Assembly: GCA_951406725.2 (NCBI GenBank)
Contig: OX597819.1
Coordinates: 86,614,001-86,678,000 of the forward strand
Direction: 5' to 3'
Source of the DNA: Octopus vulgaris
Taxonomy: Eukaryota
DNA length: 64,000 nt
The notes under the pieces were generated by a model. The model did not search any database. It was not told the origin of the DNA and saw only the letters and a program-made list of their open reading frames with translations. The position numbers and the translations under genes were made by a program. Of the stretch, positions 13,783-27,587 are shown in pieces. The first letter of the stretch is position 1. Each line of letters begins with the position of its first letter.

Positions 13783-15352
13783 TGAGTAAACTTCTTACAA
13801 CTTTTTAACATCTTATCTCCTCCATTTTTGACAAATATGGTTAGATTTGTAGAACTTCATTCCATAACTTAATCATACACTTAATATACTAATACAACTT
13901 TTCATATCTATGCCAATTTACACCAGTAAATTCTCAGCAAAGTATGAAGAATCAGCATTAGAAATGTTTTTGGAAACCACTCCAACTATAGGATGAATCC
14001 ACATTCAACCTTTTACACACATATATATGTGTTATTATATGCTAATTCATCATCATCATATTTTAACATCTGTTTTCCATGCTAGCATGGGTTGGACAGT
14101 TCGACTGGGGTCTGGGAAGCCAGGATGCTGCACCAGGCTCCAGTCAGATCCGGCAGTGTTTCTTTGGCTGGATGTCCTTCCTAATGCCAACCACTCCGTG
14201 AGTGTAGTGGGTGCTTTTTACGTTTATAAATCTAGAGAAAGTCTTTAATAAGGTTTCATGTTAGCGAGTGCTATAAAAATTAAGGTGTAGACAAATGATA
14301 TGGTAAAAAACAGCTTTTGAAGCCAAGTACATATGTGCAGTAAGCAGCACTCTTCTATTTAAGAGTCAATGTTCCTGGGAATTATTAAATGCTGATGATC
14401 TAGTTACTTTGCAGAACCTGTGAAAAAGCAGCAAAGTGCTAAACCAGGAAGAACAGCCTACAGATTGGAGTTTTCAAAGTCAACAGGACAAAAAGTTAAA
14501 TGCCAATTAGAAACAGAAGACAGAATTTCTAAACCATCTGGAAGCGGACAAGATTGATATGTAGACAACTGATATACACTGAGATTGGACTAAGACTTTC
14601 AATGCACAAATTAACTGGAATAGTTTAGAAGTAGGAGCAGACAATGATCTTACACATACAGATCACTAGTTATAGTTAATAGTTGGTTACTTAGATAATA
14701 ACCTAATTAATTGAAGAGTTGTAGGGACTGGAAAGAAATGGGCCAAATCTGATCTATCAGAAGGGTAATATTCTCCTGTGTGAAAGGCAAAGAATAACGG
14801 AAGACCAGCTGACGAATTCAGGAGGCAGGGGTCACTGAACAGATACAGGTTTGATACGTAAATAAATTGGGTGATTAACAATGGAAGATACCCAAACAGA
14901 GAAGGACTTGGAAAATAGAGGATCAGATCCCAGAATTTGGAATGTCACAGAGAAAATGACAAAATGGATGGTAATATGCTCAAGAATCGTCCAATCAGAT
15001 GAAAGAACAGAAACGAAAAGTATTGAATGATGATCTCTCCACAGTTGATCAAATACATTGATTAAATGAATTATCTATGTCTTTCTTTTTCCAAATTCAC
15101 TGAATTTCCTCAACAGTCCTCATTATCTGTCTTCTGCACCACTACCTATGCACTATTTCATAAGTTTTTGCAGCAATTTGTATCTATTTGTATCTATTCA
15201 TATCTTTCTATATATTTATATATAATCTGTATGTATATATGTATTTTTATGTACCAAGCCTAATCCTGTTTATTAGCATTACTGTCTTCATATATCTATG
15301 CCAGTGGCACTTAAAAAGCACCCAGCACACTCTATTAAGTGGTTGGGATTAA

Positions 15353-15574
15353 CCCTTTCGTTACCGTATTTATTTTGAGATACTCTGTGTTTCTTTCAAT
15401 CAATTTTAAATATAACAAAGAATTTAGTGAACTAACTTAGTTATCATTAAGCTAGTGTTAGGAACATAAATTGTGACTAAGGTTTAGCTGAAGATTTTAA
15501 TTCAGAACTTATGAAAACAAGATATTTGTACTACAGAGCCAGAGCCAGTTTCGGCCAGGTTGGTAATAAAAGGG
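15353..15574. mobile_element. piggyBac-type MITE inserted in a family C repeat
   Basis: TTAA|CCCTTTCGTTACC ... GGTAATAAAAGGG|TTAA. The family C sequence resumes on both sides. Confidence 0.85.
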
Positions 15575-16230
15575 TTAAGAAGTGCATCCAGCCATAGAAA
15601 CCATGCCACAACAGACAATTGGAGCCTGGACAGCTCCCTGCTTGCCAGCTCCATGTTAAACCATCCAACCCATGCCAGCATGGAAAGCGGATGTTAAATG
15701 ATGATGTATGTATATTACAATTATCAGATATGAATTAAGTTGTTACGTTGTTCTCAGCATTGTTATACAAAACAACTTACAAGTAGATTTGGCCTATAAC
15801 CACAGAATGTGTGGAGATTGTGAAGAAAGAAACAATCAGTTACATTAGTTCTGGCTATCTCAACAGACATAACATTATTTAAAGAGTCATGCAGTGCAAA
15901 CAATTTCAGCAAAGAGATAATACTGATTCAAACAGAGAAAGTAAGTGAGAGAGAGAGAGAGAGTTTAAGGCAAATATCTAACATTATTGTCTAAATGACG
16001 AATCAAATCCAAAGAAAGAGGACAATACAAAATATATTAGATGTATCTGAAATCAAAAAAACTAATCAAATATAAAAGTGTGGATATAGAGAAGTTCACA
16101 TTGTGAGGATTTGAAACAGAAACAACTCCGAGAATAATAGGCAAACACAATTATATGAACAAAAGCTCAAGATTTATATACTGACATTTAGGAAATAGCC
16201 AGTTAGCATGCAAATTTGTGTTATAAAGTA

Positions 16231-16388
16231 GGCACAGATGTGACTATGTGGTAAAAAGTTTGCTTTCCAATTGCGTGGTTTCGAGTTCAGTCCCAGTGGA
16301 TGGCACCTTGGGTAAGTACTTTCTGCTATAGCCTTGGGCCAATGAAAGCCTTGTGAGTTAGATTTGATAGACAATACTGAAAAAGAAG

Positions 16389-16424
<36 letters not shown>

Positions 16425-16930
16425 TATTCTCTTTTTAGCATTCTGTATTGTTTATGCTCCTAGTAAGCATAACTTTATTTGTTTATATATGTAAATATCT
16501 ATATGCTAGTACATATATGTTTATCATCTGAATATATTTAGTTCTTTGCATCTATACATATCTCTATATCTTTATGTGTATCTGTATGTATATATGTATA
16601 TTTATATATCAAGCCTAATCCTGTTTATCAACATCACTGCCTTCATGTATCTATATGTGTATCTCTCTCTCTCTCTCTACATATATATATGTGATGGGGG
16701 GTGTATGTTTGTTGTCTTTGCCCCCCCCCCCCCCCATCCCATTGCTTAACAAGCAGAGTTGGTTAGTTTGTGTTCCAGTAACCCAGCAGTTTGGCAAAAA
16801 GAGATCAATACAATAAGAACTGGACTTTAGAAAATAAATACTGGGGTCAATTTGTCCAACCAAAACCCTTCAAGACCAGTCATTTGATTCTGGTCATGAC
16901 CAGAATCCAATGACTGAAACAAGTAAAATA
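16231..16930 (+). mobile_element. SINE family A, interrupted at its (TA)n
   Basis: Head at 16231-16390 and tail at about 16700-16930, separated by an AT-rich insert. Confidence 0.7.
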
Positions 16931-17024
16931 AAAAAAAAAATGAAAGATAACAATAGTCATTGAATGTATATTATAAAGAGTACTCCAAATAAAACAGAAA
17001 CAGAAAAAAAAACAACATTGCAGA

Positions 17025-17388
17025 TACAGGTGTGGCTGTGTGGTAAGAAGTTTGCATCACAACCTCATGATTCTGGGTTCAGTCCCACTGCATGATACCT
17101 TGCAAGTGGGTCTGGTAGATGGAAACTGAAAGAAGCCCATTGCACATATACATATATGTGTGCATGCAAGTGTCTTTGTGCCTGTATTTGTCCCACACCA
17201 CTGCTTAACAACCGGTGTTGGTGTGTTTATGTCTTCGTAACTTAGCAGTTTGGCATAAGAGACTGAAAGAATAACTACCAACCTTTAAAAAGAAAAAAAA
17301 AAGTTCTGGGATCGATTCTTCAACTAAACGTCTTTTCAAGGCAGTGCTCCAGCATGACCACAGTCTAATGACTGAAGCTAGTGAAAGA
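17025..17388 (+). mobile_element. SINE family A
   Basis: Similar to the copy at 5994, with a short deletion. Confidence 0.8.
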
Positions 17389-17814
17389 TTGCACACACCC
17401 AAGTCACATGGAGTGGTGCTTAATGATACAGTGAAGGCATAATATAACAAAATTAATAGTGAAATGTTTTCTAAGACCAGTTGCATAATTGTAGAAAAGG
17501 AGTATAACTGCTTGAATCAACTCCATGCATGATTGGTGCATGTCATTGTTCTGAATGAGTAAAAAGATGAAGTTAACCCTGGAAGGATTTCACCTAGGAA
17601 TGTAGAAAGAGGTGGCCAGGGGAAAAGCAGAGGGACGCTTGAAGTATGAAAACTTAATAAAGTACATGCTATTGTACTTGATTATGTAAGTCCAGAAATT
17701 TAATTGATTTAAAATTACATCATTAATGATAAGAACACCAATCATTATTTAAATAACTGATTCTGATCAAGAAAGGTAGGGGAGACAATACCTAAATTCT
17801 AATTAAAATTAATT

Positions 17815-18275
17815 GACAGGCACCCATACTGGTGGCACATAATAAGCACCATTCAAGCGTGGATTGATGCTAGTGTCACATGACTGGCTCCCTGTACCAG
17901 TGACATGTAAAAAGCACCATCTGAACGTGGTTGATGCCAGTGCCCCCTGACTGGCTCCCATGCTAGTGGCACATAAAAAGCACCATCTGAACATAGCCAG
18001 TGCCAGTGCCCCCTGACTGACTCCCATGTCAGTGGCACATAAAAAGCACCATCTGAACATGGTTAATGCCAGTGCCCTCTGACTGGCTCCTGTGCCAGTG
18101 ACACATAAAAAGCACCCACTACACTCTTGGAGTGGTTGACATTAGGAAGAACATCCAGCTGTAGAAACCCTGCCAGATCAGATTGGAGCCTGGTGCAGCC
18201 TTCTGGCTTGCCAGTCCTCAGTCAAACCATCTAACCCATGCCAGCATGGAAAGTGGATGATAATGATGATGATGG
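17815..18275 (+). repeat. Family C element with about five tandem ~59-bp units
   Basis: Repeated unit GTGGCACATAAAAAGCACCATCTGAACATGGTTGATGCCAGTGCCCCCTGACTGGCTCCC, then the (GAT)n tail. Confidence 0.85.
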
Positions 18276-18846
18276 AATGTAGGGAGGGATGAGCTGGATG
18301 TTCAACAGTTTGATGACAACCCCAGGCATGTTTCACTTATATTAGATGTGCCTATTCTGCTAAAGATCAGAATCATTATCTTAACTGCATTTCATATTTG
18401 ATTAATTTTTATAAATCAAAACTGTTGTTTCCCTTCACTTCTTGTCATTCAGAATGTAATTCTAATTAAAATTTCAAGTCTTACAGGAAAACGATCATTA
18501 CTAACTCATTTATCATTTAATATTAGGCAGCGAGCTGGCAGAAATGTTAGCACGCCGGGCAAAATGCTTAGTAGTATTTCATTCTGAGTTCAAATTCTGC
18601 TAAGGTCAACTTTGCCTTTCATTCTTTCAGGGTTGATAAGTACCAGTTGCATACTGGAGTTAATCTAATTGCATGCCCCCCTCCCCCAAAATTTCGGGCC
18701 TTGTGTAGAAAAGAATATTATAAAACATGTGATCTATCAGGTTGCTATTTCTAGCATTCTCCCCAACTAAATAATAGCAACAATGACATCATCGTCATTA
18801 CCATCAACACCGCCACCATCATCAATGCCATCATCATTACCGTTTG

Positions 18847-19302
18847 CTGTAGTGTAGGTACCTGGTTACCCAGCCAGAGAGAGAGAGAGAGCAGGAGAGA
18901 AAGAGAGAGAGGGGGAGAGAGAAAGATCAGGAGAGAAAGAGAGAGAGAGGGGAGAGAGAGACAGAGAGTTAACAAGAAAGAGGGCAGGAACAGGTGTGCT
19001 GCATTAAAGGGGATACAGGGATACCTAGCTGGAAGAAAGAAAAGGAGAGTGATAAAAAATGTGGCAGAAACAGGTGTGCTGCTGAAGAGGAGATACATGG
19101 TTACTCAGCTAGGTAACCCTGTATCTCCCTTAATGCAGCACACCTGTTCCTGCCCTCTTTCTTTTTAACTCTCTGTCTCTCTCCTCTCTCTTCTCTTTCT
19201 CTCCTGTTCTTTCTCTCTCCCCCCTCTCTCTCTCTCTTTCTCTCCTGTTCTTTCTCTCTCCTCCTCTCTCTCTGGCTGGGTAGCCAGGTACCTACACTAC
19301 AG
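18847..19302. repeat. Inverted repeat with ~190-bp purine/pyrimidine-rich arms
   Basis: CTGTAGTGTAGGTACCTGG...ATACCTAGCTG (18847-19031) mirrors CAGCTAGGTAA...CCAGGTACCTACACTACAG (19106-19302). Confidence 0.9.
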
Positions 19303-21448
19303 TAAAACATCAATTTATCTCTGTCTCTCTGTCACACTCTAACCTTTCATCATCTGACACAAGATCACCACCTCCAATGCCCCCTCCCCTCTCAAAGATT
19401 CCTTGTCTTGCAAAGTTACTTGGTGACCCTGCCAGTGCTTGTACCACATAAAAAGCACTCAGTCCACACTGTAAAGTGGTTGGCATTTGGAAGGGCATCC
19501 AGCTGTAAAAATCATGCCAAAACTGACCTCACCTGTGCTGGTACCATGTAAAAAGTACTCAGCCTATTCTGTGGGGTGGTTGATGTTAAGAAGGACATCC
19601 AGCCATAAAAACATGCCAAAACAGACACAGAAGTCTGGTGCAGGCTTCTGCATGGGCTGGCTCCTGCCAAATTGTCCAATTCATGTCAGCATGGAAGGCA
19701 GACATTAAATGATGATGGTGATGATGATGAAGACTTCCACCTTAATAATTATTTCTGATAAAAACCCAAGGCCTGAAATTGAGATAAAGAATAAGTTGAT
19801 TAAATCAACACCAGTACTGATGCTTTATTTTAGTTCTTTCACTATACATGGCTCAAATATTCTGTTTTATGATAACACCTATCCCATCTACCCTAAAATG
19901 TCATTCTGAAAATAAACAATCATATCATTGACATCTTGAAGCTATGAGGCAGTGCATGATTAATTCAAAACAATGTGAATAAATAAGCATTACATTTGAC
20001 AGTAATCTGAATGCTAAAAGTTTAAGGACTCTGAAAGGAAGGATGAGAAAAGTTAGCCTCAGTAGAATTTGAACTCGGAATACAAAGACTTGGAACAAAT
20101 AGTGCCATAAAAAGTAAAAGAATCAAGCAAAAGGATAGAACACTGATAAGTGAACATGAACAATAAAAAGAACTTTTCCTTAAAGTACAAACTATGAAGC
20201 TAATTATGTTGAAGAGAAAGATTTTGATAATGATAGAAAAGAACAGAGATAGTTAAGAAATCTAAGGCAATTCAAAATGGAGCAGCAAAATACATAAAAA
20301 GAAAACTCAAGAAAAATGTCTTGAATTATCCTGCAGAACTTGTCAGTTCAGGAAAGAAAAAAAAACGAGAAAAATAAGCTTTGAACTAAAAGCAGAAATT
20401 GATTTTAGCTGTTGCTCAAGAGCAATGCTTTCAGCAAAAAGTACAAAGAAACAACTAACCCTATCATTTCTGGCTGTCCAGTCTTTTGGCTGCTTAAGCA
20501 GCAAAGTTCACTGGGCTAGATACTAATACTTGACATGTAACAAAATGGCATATGAATCAAACTTGGTATAAGAGTAGGTATCACTACAGAGTGCCATGGA
20601 AGGGAGGCAAGTACAGATTGACAGTGCAAAACTACACTATTTGCTTGATTATTTTCATGTCAAATCTTTTTCTCATAGAAAATTATATGCCATTTGAAAA
20701 TTCTGGATGTGGACTTTCTTCTCATATAGTTTTGGTTAAAATCTGACACATATCATGCCAGAATAACAGAATAATGATGCCAGAATACCTCTCAATCAGC
20801 CTGGTAATTCCCACCCATTCACAAAGTTTGTAGCATTTTTTTTTTCTTTTTCGACTCATGAACAGCAGTTCTTATTCAATGCTCATGAAGAGGGCTTTTT
20901 CTGCTTTATTTTGATATAAAAATCAACAGGGGTAGGTCAGATAATCATCATGAGGTATAAAGCAAAAATTTTATCGTTAATTTTCACTTAAAGGTTCTTA
21001 GTAACGATTAGGATGTTAACTTGGAGCATGGCGGGTTTTCTTTCATTTTTTTTTTGCACCACTGGCACTTGTGAGGTCACCCAAATAAGTTGTAAGACTG
21101 GAAAAGAAAGGCTAAAATCCCCACCGAAGAAGTTGATGGCAGGGAGGAGTATTTCAAAGGAGGAAGTGGTTTTATGCCAGATGTTGAAGAGCTAAAGTAT
21201 AATAGAGGAACAAGGATAGGTGTCTTGCTATTGAGGGTATACTTGGCTGTCCCTCTTTATATAAAGCTGTGGTGGGAGTAGCTGGGAAAAAGATAAAGAT
21301 TTTAGTGATGGAGAGCCAGAGCTACCCTTAAAGTACAAGTAAATGAGCATAAGAGACAATATGGACAATGGATCAGGAGAAGAAAAAGCAGGTGAATAGT
21401 TTCATAAGAGTGTGATGGGAGGGCAAGAGTTGGTTAGAAATGAGATTA

Positions 21449-21685
21449 GGCGGTAAGCTGGCAGGAACGTTAGCACGCCAAACGAAATGCTTAGTGGTAT
21501 TTCATCTGCCATTATGTTCTGAATTCAAATTCCACCGAGGTCGACTTTGCCTTTCATCCTTTTGGGGTCGATAAATTAAGTACCAGTTATGTACTGGGGT
21601 CAATGTAATCGACTTAATCCCTTTGTCTGTCCTTGTTTGTCCCCTCTATGTTTAGCCCCTTGTGGGCAATAAAGAAATAAGTAAT
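21449..21685 (+). mobile_element. SINE family B
   Basis: GGCGGTAAGCTGGCAGGAACGTTAGCACG...GGGCAATAAAGAAATAA. Confidence 0.8.
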
Positions 21686-23550
21686 GAGAGTAGGAGCGAA
21701 TGCAATGAATGATGAACAAGGGTGGAGGTGAGATTCCTTTTTTGCAGAAGATGGCACAAAAATGAGGCAGTAAAATAATTAAGTACAAGAATCTTGAAAT
21801 TAAGACAAGAAGCAGGGTATGAGAGTTAAACTAGTACTAATAATAAACATTTGGCTGGGTATAATAAACAACAACATAATCAAAAACATAACAAAAACTC
21901 TATCGTGGGGCATACTGCTAAACACATTGCAGTTCATCCTCATCATCATCATTTTGTCTGTTTTCCATGCTGGTATGGGTTGAACAACAATGATAATAGT
22001 ACAGTTGCTACCTATACCATAACACAGCTTATATACATATCCAAATGCCAATCAATAAAATAACAAGGAAACCCCTATGTGGTCATGTGAAATGTTAGAA
22101 ACAGCAGCTAAATCTCTCTCAAATCACCACCTACAGTCAGTTTTAAATAAGAAAATGATACATTGAATAATGCGATCTTAAGTGTACATCTAAAAATATG
22201 GGCTCATCGCAGGTGAAACCCATTCCATCATCAGTGATCACCTGTGGCTATACAATGACACTCACCTTGCACAATATGTAATCTAATCAATCAATTCCCA
22301 TAATTGTTACATGGTATCTACCTTTATACAATTACTGCCCCAAAGTTACAAACCAACCTCAACAACACAGAGTCCACTCAATCGCCACAATTTTACACAA
22401 ATGCAAACTCTGTGCAATCGCCACCTCTGTAATTCTTTAATGCAAGTCACAAACGAAAATATTCTGAGCACTGAAGTAGTAACAAAAACAACAGCAACAC
22501 AAACCGCCACAACAGAACTAAATTAAATGATGTAATGTAAAAATACCATCCCACGTATTAAAAAAAAAAACAACAAAAAAAAAACAAAAGAAAAACAAAA
22601 AAGCAATATTTCAAGAGCGCAAAGGTACACCTGATGGCTCAGTAGAAACTCGCATGTAACTATGATGATGATAACAATGATGATGATGATGACAATGATG
22701 ACGATGATGATAATGACAACGACAGGAGGTTTAATTTTAAAAGTGGCTGGCAGGCAGCTAATAAATAATTACATGCCTGCTAACAACCTTTAAAATCAAA
22801 ACCTTTCATAATAAATAATAACAAGCACAATACATTCACACTCAGTGAACAATAAAGTAGAAAGGCAGCAGAAGAGGATAATTATTAGGAAATGATTTCG
22901 CCGGAGGATTTAGTGAGTTCTGTGAAATGATTTTAAATACAAAGAGGCTATCGATGCAATTTCCACCCTAACTGAAGCGTGTAGCTTCAATATTATTAAC
23001 TAGAACCTTAGTAAGATACAATAATTGGATACAAATACCAGCATACAACTCCAATATGCATGGAGCAAATCCCCGTAAAAGCTTCTTTTTTTTTTTTTTA
23101 CCTAGAGTGAAAAGGGTTAGGAGCTTGGTTCAAATAAAAGCTATCAATGAGCTGGGTTAGCATATTAATCACAAAAGTCAGAACAGTGGGAGCTTCATAC
23201 CGATCTGAGAGTAAAAGGCAGCAAATTGTATGTAATAGTAAAGGGAAAAAAGAAATGCCACAAGTGAAGTAAGGTATGGCCATGTGATTAGGAAGCTCAC
23301 TTTGCAACCATAAAGTTTGGGGTTTAGACCCACTCTGCAGCACCTTGTTTAAGTGCTTTCTATTATAGCTTCAGGCCAATGACCAACCAATCAATCAATG
23401 CCTTGTGAGTGAATTTAGTAAACAGAAACTGTGTAGGAGGCCATTGTATCAAATTGTATTATATATACATACACACAAAAACAATCATACATGTATGTGC
23501 ACATACATATATACATACACATACATACATGTATATGTACACACATATAA

Positions 23551-23583
<33 letters not shown>

Positions 23584-23623
23584 CACACATAAATACATAC
23601 ATTTATATGTATATATATATATA

Positions 23624-24840
23624 CAGGGTGCGATTGATAAATTGTCACCATTTTATATTTTTAATTTCACGTATGCACACTGTTTTTGATTTTGTTGACT
23701 ACACAGTAGTATAGTAGGGTCAGTTGGGCACCATCTGTGAGAAGAACAGCACCATGATGCAATTCACTCTGCTAGAAATTTGGAAACGGCATGTTGTACT
23801 GCATGGCATTCATGCCAGAAGCTACAATATGAATATTTCAAGGTGTTTGGATGTCAATCTGTGGATAGTGCAGAGGATTCAGAAAGAGTTGGATGAGCCA
23901 AATAGTGATTATGAAGATATGGCAGCTTAGAAAACTCACTCTGATCTTTCTGATAAGAAAAGAACTCCTGAATTTGTTGGTGAAATCTAGGCCATGATTG
24001 ACAACAATCCTTCCAAGTCAATCAGTTTCATTGCCTGGGACATGGGAGTGTATGAGTTTCTTATCAGGCAGGCAGGCAGTGCATGAAGACATTCGGTATT
24101 CGTCATACAAGATAAGAAATGGCCAATTTTTATCCCAAGCCATCAAGGACAAAAGGAAGGACTGCACTACGAAACTTCTGAACAGACTCCAGTATCCCCT
24201 CCAACTGAACATGCTCTGGTTTTTCTCAGATGAGAAAAATTTCTGTCAGGATCAGATGGTGAACACACAGAACAACTACTGGCTTGCCATGTCCCCAAAA
24301 CATGTACCGAGAGTAACAAAAATCAAAAGCCTACATCATGGTGTTTGGAATGATCACTAGTGATGGCAATGTTATGCTTCCATTCATCTTCTCACACGGC
24401 CTCAGACTCAACATGGAGGCCTTCATCAAGTACCTTGAGGGGGTAGTGCTGCTGGAAGATCATATGTCTGGCAACAGGACTCTGTACCATGCCACACAAG
24501 CAGAACCCAGTCATGGCTGTCAGACAATTTCTGTGACCACATAACCCCTAACATCCAGCTACCTAACTTCCCAGACTGCAAACCCCTTGATTATTATGTG
24601 TGGGGCACAGTTGAGTGAGAGACCAACAAAACTCTTTGTAACACCAAAGATGAACTGAAATCAAGGATTGTAACAGCATTCACCATCTTAAACAAAGAGA
24701 CCGTCCAGAAGAGCTGCAGGAGATTCCGAAGTCATCTGGAGGCTGTGGTTGAAGCCAATGGCAATTTTACTGAAAAAATTTACTTTATTTGAAGATATTT
24801 TCATATAATTGCGATAAATATATGTTAAAATGAGATGGTT
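23624..24840 (+). mobile_element. maT (DD37D) Tc1/mariner-superfamily transposon, right end truncated
   Basis: Starts TA|CAGGGTG. Motifs LWFFSDEKNF, VFGMITSDG, WQQD and PDCKPLDYYVWG in broken frames. Confidence 0.85.
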
Positions 24841-25044
24841 TGCTTATATGATTTTATATAGTCCTAATGCAGCCATGAAATGAGCGTAGTCGATGTACAA
24901 GTACGTACTTTATACATTATATTATTGTATTAATTTTTATTGTTCAATATATACTTTATTTGATTTTAGATTGATATCTTTATGATGAATGTTTCTTTGT
25001 ATGGTATTTGCTGTGATTTTTAAAGTATTTGCTCTTATATATTA

Positions 25045-25979
25045 CTAGCAGCATAGCCCGGATATGTAAGAGCCCCTAGTAGGCAACAACTAATCCCAAT
25101 CTAGTCCTTTCCCTTCTAGGGAACGAAGGCGCATGTGTAGGTTGCAATGTCTTCTCTTCACTCGAATACTTCTGTGTATACGATGTTCCTAGTTGTCCCT
25201 TTGGGTTAAAACATGAAAACATCATTGCACCTCCCAACGCGTGAACAGCCCACGTGGAGTTGACTGTGGGCGAAGCACTGTTCGCCCAAATGTAACTCAG
25301 CGACTTGTAGCGTTTGGCCTTGGGATTTATTGATGGACATTGCGAAGCAGAGTTCAACAGGAAACTGAGAATGCCTGAAGTTCTTTTTAAATTCACAGCG
25401 AGCATCATGTCTGCTCCAAGGAGCTATATGGCCCTTTTTATTCCAATAGGATACTTTATTATTGGAAAAAATCGGTTAATTAAATTATATGTAGCACACA
25501 TAGCAAACCGATTTGTGTATTAAACACAAACCACAGACTGTCTAGGGGACGCAATTTGTGAAAGATATTGTCGAAAATATGTCATCTTGAATTTGAACGC
25601 GATTTCCCAAAATGGCATGATTTTATCAATTTTTTCTGATGGTAAGGTATTGCATGGAAAACTAACGTCAGAATTAAGTTTCTTAGGGTAACATTAAGCT
25701 TCACCATGAGTTTGGTGAAAATCAATTGCAAGTTGCGAAAACTAAAACAGAAAATATGTTACATATAAAAAGCTTAGATTCTCAACCCCATGTCGAATTT
25801 ATCGATTTTTTTCAGAACTGGGCGAACTTTTCAAAATTTTCGCTGCGTTAGTTTTGAATTATGACATTGGGCTATGTGTGTGTCAAGTTTCATCAGAATC
25901 GGTTGAAAGCCATGGTCAGGGTGAGGGTACAACCTGACAGACACACAGACAGACAAACTGCCGTTTATATAGAGAGAGA
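25045..25979 (-). mobile_element. Non-autonomous Helitron
   Basis: Minus strand begins A|TCTCTCT..TATAAACGG with (CTGT)n and ends ...CCGGGCTATGCTGCTAG|T. Confidence 0.75.
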
Positions 25980-26216
25980 TATGATTGTATTAATCTTACT
26001 GTTCAATATTATATATTATTAAAATTTTAGATTAGTATTTTGTATGGTATATGTCTCATAGCATGGTTTTGGATGGGTTCTTCATTGACTGAGTTGTGGA
26101 ATGGTGGCTCGTCTCTACATTAGTTATATACATATATTATATATTACGAAATTCGATATATTATATTATTATACTGAATTTTACCTGTAAGGTTGGAATA
26201 ATAATTTATTCCCTAA

Positions 26217-26273
<57 letters not shown>

Positions 26274-26349
26274 AACACACACACACACACACACACACAA
26301 AACAAACTGGAAATCAAATCTACAGTGTCATGTAGAGTGGCTACATAAC

Positions 26350-27330
26350 ATCATAAAAGATAGAACTCCTGCAGTAGCAGCTAATGTTGCCCTCTCTAGG
26401 GTAATACAAATTCCAAGTGGAGTCCTCCAAGAAACTATCCTGGAGCCATTCCTGGAACAATGAGGTTGGGAAGCAAACTTCTAACCACACAACCAGCCTG
26501 CACCTATTATCAGATATGCCGATGGTAAAAAATTATTACAGGCAATAAAGAAGCCTTGACAATATGCAACATAGAGGTGGGCTAAAACAAAAGCATATGC
26601 AGTTAAATGCCCGGAAATTTCAAGCATCGTAATATCAGCTCACAAATGTACTACAGCCTGCATACCCAAGACACAAAGGTACTGCAATCCCAGAGTCACA
26701 AACAATGAAAGACTTGGGAAGTAGTATATGTAATGATGCATATATGAAATGATGCATCATTACACATTGATCTCCAAGTCTTTCATTGTCCATGACTCTG
26801 AGATTGCAGTAACTTTGATTGCAGTGTAACTTTGATTGCAGGATGAATACTCAAGTCCTTCAGGACAAGAGACCAAGAACTCATGGTTCATCCTGTTTGA
26901 AGACCTTTTTTCTCAACCACCTGGACTATTTGCTCTTAGCTGTGATCACCGTATAGTGTCAAACAAACAGTGGAGTTTGAAGCTGAAAAAATTGTCACAG
27001 GGCAGCAGATGAACTTACTGGGAGAGACTGAAAAACTATGACTTAACTTCCTAAAGTGAAGATGTGAGAGATATAATAATTTACAGGTGGAAAATTCTAA
27101 AAGGGTTAGTATTTAACTTCAGCATCAAGTGTTATACAAATGCCAGTACTGGATGCCAGTGCCAAAAATCAAAGGTACTGTCCACTCCAGCTAAATCTAA
27201 GACCCAGTACTGCAATAGCTTGGGGTTCAAAAAGCTACAGAAAGAGTTAAGAAACCTATATAATGTGGATATGGAAGTCTTCAAAAAAAAAAAAATTGGA
27301 TATTCTGATATACATGACACCAGCTGAACC
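26350..27330 (+). mobile_element. Decayed CR1-group LINE reverse transcriptase and 3' region
   Basis: Broken frames give SGVLQETILEPF, YAD, MQLNARKF and RDIIIYRWKILKG. Confidence 0.7.
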
Positions 27331-27587
27331 AAAATCTTGACATAAGGTACAGACAAGGGATGTAGTGTCAAAATCCTAACACCAAATATAATCCAAGAAA
27401 CAAGCACATGCAAAAGTGGTAATATGGAATCCTGCCATGCAGAAATCAACTACATGAGAGGGCTATGGCAAAGATACAAAGTCATAGTGGTGTTTCAGCA
27501 TGACCACAGCTGAATGGTTGAAATGTATTAGAAACAAACAAACAAACAAACACACACACACTTACCTACCTACCTATTTATCTATAT

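Larger units (their letters stand above)
12164..13880. mobile_element. Penelope-like element remnant: inverted terminal arms of about 345 bp around a body that is A-rich on the minus strand
   Basis: 12164-12508 is the reverse complement of 13105-13880 once the SINE insert is removed. Each arm carries a hammerhead motif. Confidence 0.7.

Noticed and set aside
17815-18120. Regular ~59-bp repeat resembling a CRISPR array
   Set aside because: The units are tandem copies without unique spacers, lie within a dispersed eukaryotic repeat, and no cas genes are present.
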